DNA from: Hyphomicrobium sp.
Lineage (GTDB): Bacteria > Pseudomonadota > Alphaproteobacteria > Rhizobiales > Hyphomicrobiaceae
NCBI GenBank assembly: GCA_024230315.1
Contig: JAAERO010000054.1
Coordinates: 1 to 49,084 of the forward strand
Length of the DNA stretch: 49,084 nt
Reading direction: 5' to 3'
Shown: positions 19,126 through 29,233 of the stretch, piece after piece
Layout: each line of letters opens with the position of its first letter
How positions within the stretch are numbered: position 1 is the first letter of the stretch
The notes under the pieces: generated by a model
Databases searched by the model: none
What the model was told of the DNA's origin: nothing
Seen by the model: only the letters and a program-made list of their open reading frames with translations
Position numbers and translations under genes: made by a program

Positions 19126-20825
19126 ATGAGAAGGGGTGCGGCGGGGGCCGAAAAAAAAGGGGAAAAGAGCTCGTATTCGTCGCCCTTGGTGGTCTCGGCG
19201 AAATCGGCATGAACGTTTACCTGTATGGCTACGGTAGGCAGGATGCGCGTCAGTGGATGATGGTCGATTGCGGGATCACGTTTCCGGAGGGTGAAAATGA
19301 TCCCGGCATTGATGTGATCTTGCCGGACGTTCGCTTTATCGAGGAAAACAGAGCCGATCTGGCGGGCATCGTTCTGACGCATGCGCACGAGGACCACGTC
19401 GGCGCGGTGATTGAGCTGTGGCCGCGGCTGAAGGCACCCATATATGCGACGCCTTTTACGGCAGGGATGCTGAAGGCGAAGCTCGCCGAGTATGGCCGGG
19501 GGCTCGAACTTCCCATTCATGTTGTCCCACTCGACGGAAAGTTTGCCGTTGGTCCCTTCGACGTGGAACTCGTGACACTTCCCCACTCGATTCCGGAGAT
19601 GAGTGCGCTCGCTATTCGCACGCCCGCCGGCATGGTTTTTCACACCGGCGATTGGAAGATCGATGAAACGCCTATGATTACGGAGCCGGTCGATGAGTCG
19701 CGCCTTAGCGCCTTGGGCGACGAAGGTGTCCTGGCACTCGTTTGCGACTCTACCAATGCCTTCCGTGAGGGAACCTCGCCATCAGAAAGCGATGTCGCGC
19801 AATCAATCACCGAGATTATCAAGGGTGCAAAGGGCCGTGTGGCCGTCACATGCTTTTCCTCGAACGTTGCGCGCATCAAGACCGTCGCTGACACCGCGCG
19901 AGAGACCGGACGGCATCTTGTTGTTGCCGGCCGGGCGCTGCATCGTGTCATCGATGTTGCAATCGACACAGGCTATTTGCCCCAGAGCTTCAGGTACCTC
20001 GACCAGGATCGGTTTAGCGATCTGGCGCGGCGCGATGTCGTCCTTTTGTGCACCGGGAGCCAGGGTGAGCCAAGGGCCGCGCTCGCGCGCATAGCGGCAG
20101 AAGAGCACCCGGCTATTTCACTCGCTAAAGGCGATCTCGTCATCTACTCCACGCGCGCAATCCCGGGAAATGAGAAAGCCGTCGGGCGCATCCAAAATAG
20201 TCTTGCTCGAATTGGTTGCAATTTGCTCACCGACAGCGATGCGCTCGTTCACGTATCGGGACATCCGCGCCGCGACGAGCTGCGCCAAATGTATCGCTGG
20301 ATAAGGCCCGAAGTGGTGGTGCCCATGCATGGCGAAGCGCGGCACATCCAGGCGCATGCAGCACTCGCGCGCGAGATGGGTGTGCGCGACGTTTTCCCGG
20401 TGCTCGATGGTGAGATCGTGCGGCTGGCCCCCGAACCCGCCGTTGTCGATGATGCGCCCGTAGGCCGTCTTTTTCGCGATGGCAGGCTGCTTATTGCCGA
20501 GTACGACGGCCCCGTGCGCGAACGGCGCAAGCTGTCGTACGTCGGCATTGTCGTCGTGACGATTTGCTTATCGCGGGGCGGCGAGGTGCTAGGTGAGCCG
20601 CAGGCCATTCTCGACGGCGTGCCACATGAGACGGCCGACGGCGATGCAATGTTCGATGTTGTGCTCGATGCTATCGACGGCACGTTGAGAAGTGTTCCAA
20701 CGAAGCGCCGCAAGGCGCCCGATCTCGTTGCTGAGGCGGTTCGTCGCGCCGTCCGCGCGGCTGTTGGGGATGTCTGGGGCAAGAAGCCCGTTTGCAAGGT
20801 GCTGGTGAGCGTGATCGATAATTAA
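19122..20825 (+). CDS. rnj: ribonuclease J (MBL/beta-CASP)
   Basis: LGGLGEIGMN, THAHEDHVG, HTGDWK, GSQGEP, HVSGH and PMHGE motifs. Confidence 0.95.
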   Translation: MNEKGCGGGRKKRGKELVFVALGGLGEIGMNVYLYGYGRQDARQWMMVDCGITFPEGENDPGIDVILPDVRFIEENRADLAGIVLTHAHEDHVGAVIELWPRLKAPIYATPFTAGMLKAKLAEYGRGLELPIHVVPLDGKFAVGPFDVELVTLPHSIPEMSALAIRTPAGMVFHTGDWKIDETPMITEPVDESRLSALGDEGVLALVCDSTNAFREGTSPSESDVAQSITEIIKGAKGRVAVTCFSSNVARIKTVADTARETGRHLVVAGRALHRVIDVAIDTGYLPQSFRYLDQDRFSDLARRDVVLLCTGSQGEPRAALARIAAEEHPAISLAKGDLVIYSTRAIPGNEKAVGRIQNSLARIGCNLLTDSDALVHVSGHPRRDELRQMYRWIRPEVVVPMHGEARHIQAHAALAREMGVRDVFPVLDGEIVRLAPEPAVVDDAPVGRLFRDGRLLIAEYDGPVRERRKLSYVGIVVVTICLSRGGEVLGEPQAILDGVPHETADGDAMFDVVLDAIDGTLRSVPTKRRKAPDLVAEAVRRAVRAAVGDVWGKKPVCKVLVSVIDN

Positions 20826-20855
20826 GGCCAAAAATGCTCCAAACGGGAGAACTGG

Positions 20856-21260
20856 ATGATTGGACGTCTCAACCATGTGGCTATCGCTGTGAACGATCTC
20901 ACAGCGGCGGTGGCCGTCTACAAAGATGGACTGGGTGCGCAAGTGACCGACCCACTGCCGCAGCCCGAGCACGGCGTGACGGTGGTTTTTATCACTCTGC
21001 CAAACACCAAGATCGAATTGCTCGAGCCTTTAGGTGAAGGGTCGCCCATCGCCAAGTTTCTCGAAAAGAACCCTGACGGCGGCATCCACCACGTTTGCTA
21101 TGAAGTCGACAACGTTATCGCCGCGCGCGACAGATTGAAGTCTCAGGGCGCGCGCGTTCTGGGGGATGGCACGCCCAAGATTGGGGCGCATGGCAAGCCC
21201 GTGCTATTTCTGCATCCCAAGGATTTCTGCGGCACGCTCGTGGAACTGGAGCAGGCCTGA
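20856..21260 (+). CDS. mce: methylmalonyl-CoA epimerase
   Basis: MIGRLNHVAIAV, IELLEP, GGIHHVCYEV and FLHPKDF.GTLVELEQ motifs; conserved position after rnj. Confidence 0.95.
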   Translation: MIGRLNHVAIAVNDLTAAVAVYKDGLGAQVTDPLPQPEHGVTVVFITLPNTKIELLEPLGEGSPIAKFLEKNPDGGIHHVCYEVDNVIAARDRLKSQGARVLGDGTPKIGAHGKPVLFLHPKDFCGTLVELEQA

Positions 21261-21276
21261 CGGCCAAGAGTTGCGC

Positions 21277-21531
21277 ATGGATACGACCCTCGCCATCGGG
21301 ATTTACATCTTTATCTGGTGGATCACGCTGTTCGCAGTGCTGCCACTTGGCGTTCGCACGCAGCAAGAGGCAGGCAAGGTCGTACCCGGCACGCCCGAGA
21401 GTGCACCTGAAAAGCCGCGGCTCTTGCGCGTGTTCGTGATCAATACCATCGTCGCGACGATGGTTTTTGCCTTCGTCTATTCTGCAATCGTCTATCGCTG
21501 GATCGACGTTGAAAATGTCCCCTATCCCTGA
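21277..21531 (+). CDS. DUF1467 family small membrane protein
   Basis: IYIFIWWITLFAVLPLGVRTQ.E.G.VVPGT..SAP signature. Confidence 0.88.
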   Translation: MDTTLAIGIYIFIWWITLFAVLPLGVRTQQEAGKVVPGTPESAPEKPRLLRVFVINTIVATMVFAFVYSAIVYRWIDVENVPYP

Positions 21532-21560
21532 CGCGACGAGAACGCAGGGCTTGAAACGCA

Positions 21561-21588
21561 AAGAGTAAGGCCTTTCGACCTTGCTCTT
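21561..21588 (+). terminator. hairpin, possible terminator or processing site of the nuo...DUF1467 transcript
   Basis: AAGAGTAAGG-8 nt-CCTTGCTCTT forms a 10-bp stem with one U.G pair, 30 bp after the last gene. The U-tail is weak. Confidence 0.45.
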
Positions 21589-21589
21589 G

Positions 21590-21775
21590 TACGTCAGTAT
21601 CGCCGGCGTCGTGGAGCGCTGCCTGGCGACACAGTGGTCGCGGCGGGCTCGACACAAACGCCATCCTTGCAACTACCCTTATGGGCAGCCTCGAAGGCCG
21701 AAATCTCCCTAGACTCGGGCTGCCTGCCGCCTGTTTCTGCAGCTTTGACCTACCCTATGGGGAGTACATTTAGCC
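21590..21775. ncRNA. candidate structured sRNA (strand and ends uncertain)
   Basis: Stem GGCAGCC (21684-21690)/GGCTGCC (21718-21724) encloses AAATCTCCCT. CTACCCT(T)ATGGG occurs twice. It lies in an otherwise gene-free ~550-bp spacer. Confidence 0.35.
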
Positions 21776-22083
21776 GATAGGCGGCCATCTGTCACCGTCA
21801 TCATGCGCCTTGCGGCAAAAAATTCGCCAACCAAAGTTGATGCGAATGCTCTTTATTAGGCCAAGCGCTGTCACGTCCCGCGGCAATCTTGCGCGCTCAC
21901 GATACGAGGTGCACGCCTGCCGCCTTTTTTAAGGGGGACCATTGCCGCGTGTTACTTGGCGCGGGATTGCCACCCGGTCTATTCCACGCTACCAGCGCCG
22001 ACAACAGGCCCTAAATCGTGCCTGAGATGGTAAATGCGCCGCATCTGCAACCGTACTAGGCCCCAGACAAAGATCGGTCGCCC

Positions 22084-23430
22084 ATGTTGCTTTCCCGCTA
22101 CTTTCTGCCGGTTCTGCGCGAGACGCCCAAGGAGGCGGAGATTGTCTCGCATCAGTTGATGCTGCGCAGCGCCATGATCCGGCAGTCGGCGGCGGGCATC
22201 TATTCGTGGCTGCCGCTCGGCTATCGCGTATTGCGAAATATTGAGCAGATCGTGCGTGAAGAGCAGGATCGTGCCGGCGCCATCGAGCTTCTGATGCCTA
22301 CGCTGCAGTCGGCCGACATCTGGCGCCAAAGCGGGCGCTATGAGGATTACGGCAAGGAGATGCTGCGCATTCAGGACCGGCACGAACGTGATCTGCTCTA
22401 CGGCCCTACGAATGAGGAGCTCATAACAGAGATTTTCCGGGAGAGCGTGAAGTCCTATAAGGACTTGCCGAAGAACCTCTATCACATCCAGTGGAAGTTC
22501 CGTGACGAGATCCGCCCACGGTTCGGGGTGATGCGCGGGCGCGAGTTCCTGATGAAGGACGCCTATTCCTTTGATCTGACGGTGGACGGTGCTCGCTTGG
22601 CCTACAACCGCATGTTCGTGGCCTATCTGCGCACGTTTGCGCGCATGGGGTTGAAATCGATCCCCATGGCCGCCGACACTGGGCCAATTGGCGGCGATCT
22701 GAGCCACGAATTCATTATTCTGGCTGATACGGGCGAGAGCCAAGTCTACTGCCACAAAGACCTCATTGAGAGCCAAGTGCCTGCGGCAGATATAGATTTC
22801 GATGGCGACTTGGGCCCGATTATCAAGGCCTGGACCTCAAAATACGCTGCCACCGATGAAAAGCACGACCCCAAGCGCTTCGAAGCCGAGGTGCCCGCTG
22901 AAAAGCGTGTTTCTGCGCGTGGGATAGAGGTCGGCCACATTTTCTTCTTCGGCACCAAGTACTCCGAACCCATGGGCGCTAAGGTCCAAGGGCCGGATGG
23001 CAACATGGTGACGCCGCAAATGGGGTCTTACGGAGTGGGCGTTTCACGTTTGGCGGGCGCCATCATCGAGGCGAGCCACGACGAGGCCGGCATCGTGTGG
23101 CCGGTTTCAGTTGCGCCGTTCGAGGTTGCTCTCATAAACCTGAAGGCCGGCGACAAGGCGACCGACGAGGCCGCGACCGCGATCTACCAAAAGCTGCGCC
23201 AAGCTGGCATCGAGGTGCTTCTCGACGACACGGACGAACGGGCGGGTGCAAAGTTCGCCACGATGGATCTCATCGGTTTGCCGTTTCAGCTCATCGTCGG
23301 ACCCAGGGGTCTCAAGCAGGGCGAGGTCGAAGTGAAGGCTCGCAAAACGGGTGAGCGTGTATCGCTTTCGCCGGAAGCCGCGGTCAACCGGCTTATTGCG
23401 AGCATCGAGAGTCGGCGTTCGCTCGTGTGA
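22084..23430 (+). CDS. proS: proline--tRNA ligase, short form
   Basis: [41 protein letters not shown] and [10 protein letters not shown] motifs; 448 aa. Confidence 0.98.
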   Translation: MLLSRYFLPVLRETPKEAEIVSHQLMLRSAMIRQSAAGIYSWLPLGYRVLRNIEQIVREEQDRAGAIELLMPTLQSADIWRQSGRYEDYGKEMLRIQDRHERDLLYGPTNEELITEIFRESVKSYKDLPKNLYHIQWKFRDEIRPRFGVMRGREFLMKDAYSFDLTVDGARLAYNRMFVAYLRTFARMGLKSIPMAADTGPIGGDLSHEFIILADTGESQVYCHKDLIESQVPAADIDFDGDLGPIIKAWTSKYAATDEKHDPKRFEAEVPAEKRVSARGIEVGHIFFFGTKYSEPMGAKVQGPDGNMVTPQMGSYGVGVSRLAGAIIEASHDEAGIVWPVSVAPFEVALINLKAGDKATDEAATAIYQKLRQAGIEVLLDDTDERAGAKFATMDLIGLPFQLIVGPRGLKQGEVEVKARKTGERVSLSPEAAVNRLIASIESRRSLV

Positions 23431-23503
23431 CGCCAAGAGCGCCGACAAGAACGAAAGAACGGTGGGGTAGGATAACGGACATGGCAAAAGGGGCACTGTA
23501 GCG

Positions 23504-24799
23504 ATGAAGAGCGCCGAAACGTCCGCCGCCCTCGTAGCGACTACCGACACTTGGCCGTTTGCCGCATTCGAGTGGATGTTGGCCGGTCGCTATTTGCGCT
23601 CGCGGCGCAAGGAGGGCTTCATCTCCGTGATCGCCGGGTTCTCCTTCACCGGCATCATGCTGGGTGTGGCAACTCTTATCATCGTGATGGCGGTGATGAA
23701 CGGCTTCCGCAAAGAGCTGTTCTCCAAAATTCTCGGGCTCAATGGACACATCATCGTCAACAAGATCGGTGGGCCGTTTACCGATTATACCGAAGTCGCT
23801 GCACGCATCGCCAAGGTCAATGGCGTCAAAGTCGTGCTGCCGCTGATCGAAGGGCAAGTGATGGTATCGTCGGCCGTGAACGCGACGGGAGCACTGGTGC
23901 GCGGGCTTACCGAGGACGGTATTCAATCCTTGCCGCTTGTCGCGGAGAACGTGCGTTTTGGCACGCTTGATGGCTTTGGCAAGAAACAGGGAATCGCCAT
24001 CGGAACCCGGCTTGCAAATCTTCTGCGCGTCAATGTAGGCGACAGGATTACGCTTGTGGCTCCGCGCGGGGCGCAGACGCCGTTTGGCATCGTGCCGCGC
24101 ACCAAGTCCTATTCCATAACGGCCGTGTTCGAGATGGGCATGGCCGAGTATGACCGGACGATGGTTTTTATGCCGCTTGCCGAAGCGCAGCGCTACTTTT
24201 CGAGAGGGCCGGAGGTCGATGCGCTCGAGATTGTCTCTGAGAATCCAGAAAACGTCGACGAATATTCCGTGGTCATCAAGCAGGCGGGTGGTCCGACGAT
24301 CCATGTTTCAGACTGGCGTCAGCGCAACGAGACTTTCTTCACCGTGCTGGAGGTTGAGCGCAACGTGATGTTCATCATCCTGTCGCTGATCGTCCTGGTT
24401 GCTGCGCTCAACATCATTTCCGGTCTCATGATGCTCGTCAAAGACAAGGGGCGCGACGTTGCGATTCTGCGAACAATGGGTGCTACGCGCGGTGCGGTGA
24501 TGCGCGTATTCCTCATAACGGGGGCCTCGATTGGTGTTGTTGGGACAATTGCGGGGTTGATCTTGGGCGTCATATTTTGCCTGAACGTCGAATCTGTGCG
24601 CGAGTTTGCCGCCTGGCTGACGAGCACCACCATATTTGACCCAAATGTCTATTACCTGACACGGCTACCTGCCGATATAGACGTGCGCGAAACCGGTTCC
24701 ATCGTTGGGATGGCACTTGCGCTTTCGATTATTGCAACGCTTTATCCCTCCTGGCGCGCCTCGACGCTCGATCCGGTCGAAGCACTGAGATACGAGTGA
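23504..24799 (+). CDS. lolE: lipoprotein-releasing ABC transporter permease (single LolC/E-type)
   Basis: RYLRSRRKEGFISVI, LGVATLIIVMAVMNGF, AILRTMGA and LYPSWRA...PVEALRYE motifs. Confidence 0.92.
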   Translation: MKSAETSAALVATTDTWPFAAFEWMLAGRYLRSRRKEGFISVIAGFSFTGIMLGVATLIIVMAVMNGFRKELFSKILGLNGHIIVNKIGGPFTDYTEVAARIAKVNGVKVVLPLIEGQVMVSSAVNATGALVRGLTEDGIQSLPLVAENVRFGTLDGFGKKQGIAIGTRLANLLRVNVGDRITLVAPRGAQTPFGIVPRTKSYSITAVFEMGMAEYDRTMVFMPLAEAQRYFSRGPEVDALEIVSENPENVDEYSVVIKQAGGPTIHVSDWRQRNETFFTVLEVERNVMFIILSLIVLVAALNIISGLMMLVKDKGRDVAILRTMGATRGAVMRVFLITGASIGVVGTIAGLILGVIFCLNVESVREFAAWLTSTTIFDPNVYYLTRLPADIDVRETGSIVGMALALSIIATLYPSWRASTLDPVEALRYE

Positions 24800-25551
24800 G
24801 CGTGCAAGGCATGACTGTTCTGACTGAGGAACTCACACCTGTGCAAGAGGCTGCGACCTATCCGGTCATCACACTTGATGGGCTGGTACGCACATACCGC
24901 CAAGGCACGCGCCACATCGGGGTGCTAGCCGGGGCCTCTGCCGACCTTTATCCCGGCGAGGCCGTTGCCCTGGTCGGGCCGTCGGGTGCCGGCAAGTCGA
25001 CGCTGTTGCACATCGCGGGATTGCTGGAGACGCCGGACAGCGGGCACGTGATCGTTAGCGGTCACGACTGCTCAGGGATGAGTGACCTTGAGCGTACGCG
25101 TGTGCGCCGCCGGACAATGGGATTTATTTATCAGTTTCACCAGCTACTGCCCGAGTTCTCCGCGCTCGAAAATGTGTTAATGCCCCAGTTGATCTTGGGG
25201 CGCGACCGGTGCAAAGCCGAGGAACGTGCGCAGGAACTCTTAGCGTCGTTGGGGCTTGCCCAACGCGTCAACCACCGCCCAGCAGAGATGTCGGGCGGTG
25301 AGCAGCAGCGCACGGCGATCGCGCGCGCGCTGGCCAACAATCCGCGCCTTATCCTCGCTGATGAGCCGACCGGAAATCTCGATCCTCACACGGCTGAGCA
25401 CGTTTTCGATTCGCTCATCAGTCTCATTCGCGGCTCGGGCGTTGCGGCCCTCATTGCCACGCACAACTTTGAGCTGGCGCGGAGCATGGACCGCGTGTTG
25501 CGGTTGACGGATGGGGTTTTGGTCGAGGTTCGGGTAAGCTCGCTCAAATAA
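24796..25551 (+). CDS. lolD: lipoprotein-releasing ABC transporter ATP-binding protein
   Basis: [27 protein letters not shown] (LolD motif), MSGGEQQR and ADEPTGNLD. The start may be ATG 24811. Confidence 0.93.
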   Translation: MSVQGMTVLTEELTPVQEAATYPVITLDGLVRTYRQGTRHIGVLAGASADLYPGEAVALVGPSGAGKSTLLHIAGLLETPDSGHVIVSGHDCSGMSDLERTRVRRRTMGFIYQFHQLLPEFSALENVLMPQLILGRDRCKAEERAQELLASLGLAQRVNHRPAEMSGGEQQRTAIARALANNPRLILADEPTGNLDPHTAEHVFDSLISLIRGSGVAALIATHNFELARSMDRVLRLTDGVLVEVRVSSLK

Positions 25552-25623
25552 GGCCACCCATCTTCGGGGGACAAGCACAGCGAGCCACTTGGGGCCGTGA
25601 GGGTCGTGGTCTAAGAAAAGGCC

Positions 25624-28600
25624 ATGAACGCGCCGAGTCGCTCTCCATCCTCCAACAGTGCAGATGCGCCGCCGGCCGCCGCCGCGGCCAAATTCGTGCA
25701 CCTCAAAGTACACTCGGCCTATTCGCTTCTCGAAGGCGCGCTTACCATTCCAAGGCTCGCCAAGCTTGCTGCGGAGGAAGGCTTTCCGGCGCTCGGGCTG
25801 AGTGACACCAGCAATCTTTTCGGCGCGTTGGAATTCTCCGACAAACTTGCCGGCGCTGGCATTCAACCCATCGTCGGCGCCACGCTCAGTGTAGACTTTG
25901 AGGAGAAGAAGGCCGAGGAGATCGAGCACACCGCAAAGCCCGTCCGGCTTGGTGGCGATGGTCCCATCGCACTCTTTGCGATGAGCGATGCGGGTTACGC
26001 CAATATTCTAAAGCTGGTCAGTCGTGCGCATTTGGAATCGGGCGATGCAGAGCAGCCTTATATTTCCGCCACCGCGCTTGGGGAGCACGCGGAAGGGTTG
26101 ATTGCGCTCACGGGCGGACCGGATGGACCGATCGACCAGACATTGTGCGAGGCACAACGCAGCCAGGCCAAAGCTCGCCTAGCTCGCCTCAAGTCGGCGT
26201 TCGGTGACCGACTATACGTTGAGATCCAGCGTCACGGGCTGAAGAGCGAGCAAGAGGTGGAGCCTCACCTGTTAGAACTGGCCTATGCGCACGACATTCC
26301 CATCGTTGCCACCAACGAGGCCTACTTTGCCTCCCCTGACGACTATGAGGCCCACGACGCGATGTTGTGCATCGCGGAGGGGCGCTACGTCGTGGAAGAT
26401 GACCGGCGGCGGGTGACGTCGGAGCACGCGTTCAAAAGCGCGGAGCAGATGGCCGAGGTTTTCAGCGATTTGCCCGAGGCGATTGAGAATACCATCGAGA
26501 TCGCCAAGCGCTGCGCCTTTCGCCCCAAAGGCCGCAAGCCCATCCTGCCGCGGTTTGTTGCCGGTGGTGACGATGTGAGTGAGACGGAGCAGTCGCGCCT
26601 TGAAGCGGCTGAGCTGCGGCGGCAAGCCCAAGAGGGGCTGAAAAATCGGTTGACGTCTGAGCCTCCGGCGCAGGGCTTCAATGTGGAGGATTACGAAAAG
26701 CGGCTTGCCTATGAGATCGATATCATCTCGCGCATGAAGTTTGCTGGCTACTTCCTCATCGTTGCCGACTTCATCAAGTGGGCGGAGTCCCGCAGCATAC
26801 CCGTTGGGCCGGGTCGCGGCTCAGGCGCGGGCTCGCTCGTCGCTTGGGCCCTCACCATTACGGACCTTGATCCGCTGCGGTTCGGTTTGCTTTTCGAGCG
26901 ATTCCTCAATCCCGAACGCGTGTCGATGCCCGACTTCGATATCGACTTTTGCCAGGACCGCCGCGACGAGGTCATCCGCTACGTGCAGGACAAATATGGG
27001 CACGACCGCGTGGCCCAAATCATCACGCACGGCAAATTGCAAGCACGCGCGGTGCTGCGCGACGTCGGTCGGGTCTTGCAGATGCCCTACGGCCAGGTTG
27101 ATCGTCTTTGCAAGCTCGTGCCTAATAATCCGGCTGATCCCGTCACCCTGGCCGAGGCCATCGCGGATGAGCCAAAACTGCAACAAGAGCAAAGCTCCGA
27201 TCCGCTTGTTGCGCGGCTGCTCGAGATTGCTCAGAAGCTCGAGGGGCTCTACCGCCACGCGTCTACGCACGCAGCCGGCATCGTGATCGCCGACCGGCCG
27301 CTTGTTGAGCTGGTCCCGCTCACACTCGACCCGAAATCGAATACGCCTGTCACCCAATACAACTGGAAGCTGGTTGAGGCCGCAGGGCTCGTGAAGTTCG
27401 ACTTCCTGGGCCTGAAGACCCTGACAGTGCTCCAAAAGGCGGTTGATCTCGTCAAGCGCGGGCGTGGCATCGACGTCGATCTAGCCAAACTTCCGCTTGA
27501 TGATCGCAAGACGTTCGAGATCCTCGCCAAGGCCGACACAGTGGGCGTGTTCCAGCTGGAAAGCACCGGTATGCGCGAGAGCTTGAAGCGTCTGAGGCCC
27601 GACCGCTTTGAGGATACTATCGCCATGGTGGCGCTTTATCGCCCCGGCCCCATGGACAGCATCCCCTCATATATCAACCGCAAACACGGTGAAGAGCCGG
27701 TAGATTATTTGCATCCACTCTTAGAGCCGATCCTTAAAGAGACCTACGGCGTCATCGTTTATCAGGAGCAGGTGATGCAGATCGCCCAGGTGATGTCCGG
27801 GTACTCACTCGGGCAGGCCGATATCCTGCGTAAGGCCATGGGCAAGAAGGACAAGGCGGGTATGGCCAAGGAGCAGGCCCGCTTCGTTGCGGGCGCCGTC
27901 AACAATGGTGTAGAGCGGGCGGACGCGGCCTACATTTTCGAGCTGATCGACAAGTTTTCAGGCTACGGCTTCAATAAGAGCCACTCTGCCCCTTACGCGC
28001 TCGTCAGCTACCAGACCGCCTATATGAAGGCGAACTTCCGCGAGGAGTTTCTCGCCGCCTCAATGACACTCGAAATGGGCAATACCGACAAGCTTGCCCT
28101 GTTCGCCTCCGAAGCCAGAAAGAGTGGCATCGAGGTGAAGCCGCCATGCGTGAACGCCTCCGATGTCGATTTCCTGGCGGAACTCTGCGATGAGCCAGAC
28201 CGACTTGGCGCCATTCGCTACTCGCTAGCGGCGCTGAAAAACATCGGCGCTGCGGCCGTTGGTACGATCGTCTCTGAGCGCACCGCAAACGGGCACTATG
28301 GGACCCTTGCCGATTTCGCATCCCGACTTAATACCAAGGCGCTAAATAGACGCGCGCTCGAGACACTTTCTTCAGCAGGTGCCTTCGATCGCTTGGAGCC
28401 CGATCGCGCGCTGGTTCACAACAACGTAGACGTGATGCTGGCGTTGGCGCAGCGCCGTGAAGCAAACACAGCATCGGGCACTGACGATCTCTTCGGAATT
28501 GGCGATACGGCCCCGCAACTCGATTTTCGCCCGGCAAAGGCCTGGACGCCGATGGTGCGTCTCTCCCAAGAGTTCGATGCGATCGGTTTCTATCTCTCAG

Positions 28601-29187
28601 GCCATCCGCTGGATCAGTACGCGCGGGCGCTAAAAAAGCTGGGCGTGGGGAGCTACGCCGAATTCGAAGCCATGACCGAACGCGGCGTTAGCGAAGGCAG
28701 GCTGGCCGCCATTATCGTTTCAGCGCGCGAACGGAGGTCGCAGAAGGGAAACAAGTTCGCCTTCGGCTTATTTTCTGACACCACGGGCCAGTTCGAGGCC
28801 GTGATCTTTTCGGACACTCTTGCGAAATTCCGCGATCTGTTGGTGCCGGGCACGCCGGTTCTCCTTGCTGTCAACGCGGAGCGGAATGGCGACACTGTAA
28901 AGATGCGGGTCGACGGCTTGGAAGCGCTCGACAAGGCGGTCGCGGGTGTGCAGCGAGGGCTCAAAGTTGTTCTCGACCAGCGGGTTGTTCAATCGAACGC
29001 TGCCACTATTGCTGAGCTCAAATCGCATCTGAAGCGGGGTGGCGGGGGCGAAATCCGCATTGTGTTGGCTCTTGAGGATCGGGGCAAGGAAATGGAATTC
29101 GTTGTCTCGGGACGCTTTGATATCTCGCCTTCGCGTGCCGGCGAGCTGGCAACCGTGCCGGGTGTATTGGAAGTTGTAGAGATCTGA
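25624..29187 (+). CDS. dnaE: DNA polymerase III subunit alpha
   Basis: PHP motif HLKVHSAYSLLEG, GPGRGSGAGS, RVSMPDFDIDF, KFDFLGL, GYGFNKSH and a C-terminal OB fold. No intein-sized insertion. Confidence 0.98.
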   Translation: MNAPSRSPSSNSADAPPAAAAAKFVHLKVHSAYSLLEGALTIPRLAKLAAEEGFPALGLSDTSNLFGALEFSDKLAGAGIQPIVGATLSVDFEEKKAEEIEHTAKPVRLGGDGPIALFAMSDAGYANILKLVSRAHLESGDAEQPYISATALGEHAEGLIALTGGPDGPIDQTLCEAQRSQAKARLARLKSAFGDRLYVEIQRHGLKSEQEVEPHLLELAYAHDIPIVATNEAYFASPDDYEAHDAMLCIAEGRYVVEDDRRRVTSEHAFKSAEQMAEVFSDLPEAIENTIEIAKRCAFRPKGRKPILPRFVAGGDDVSETEQSRLEAAELRRQAQEGLKNRLTSEPPAQGFNVEDYEKRLAYEIDIISRMKFAGYFLIVADFIKWAESRSIPVGPGRGSGAGSLVAWALTITDLDPLRFGLLFERFLNPERVSMPDFDIDFCQDRRDEVIRYVQDKYGHDRVAQIITHGKLQARAVLRDVGRVLQMPYGQVDRLCKLVPNNPADPVTLAEAIADEPKLQQEQSSDPLVARLLEIAQKLEGLYRHASTHAAGIVIADRPLVELVPLTLDPKSNTPVTQYNWKLVEAAGLVKFDFLGLKTLTVLQKAVDLVKRGRGIDVDLAKLPLDDRKTFEILAKADTVGVFQLESTGMRESLKRLRPDRFEDTIAMVALYRPGPMDSIPSYINRKHGEEPVDYLHPLLEPILKETYGVIVYQEQVMQIAQVMSGYSLGQADILRKAMGKKDKAGMAKEQARFVAGAVNNGVERADAAYIFELIDKFSGYGFNKSHSAPYALVSYQTAYMKANFREEFLAASMTLEMGNTDKLALFASEARKSGIEVKPPCVNASDVDFLAELCDEPDRLGAIRYSLAALKNIGAAAVGTIVSERTANGHYGTLADFASRLNTKALNRRALETLSSAGAFDRLEPDRALVHNNVDVMLALAQRREANTASGTDDLFGIGDTAPQLDFRPAKAWTPMVRLSQEFDAIGFYLSGHPLDQYARALKKLGVGSYAEFEAMTERGVSEGRLAAIIVSARERRSQKGNKFAFGLFSDTTGQFEAVIFSDTLAKFRDLLVPGTPVLLAVNAERNGDTVKMRVDGLEALDKAVAGVQRGLKVVLDQRVVQSNAATIAELKSHLKRGGGGEIRIVLALEDRGKEMEFVVSGRFDISPSRAGELATVPGVLEVVEI

Positions 29188-29233
29188 CCGTAGTTTTGCC
29201 ACGCGGGATCTCCTGTGAGATGGCCAAGAGGGT

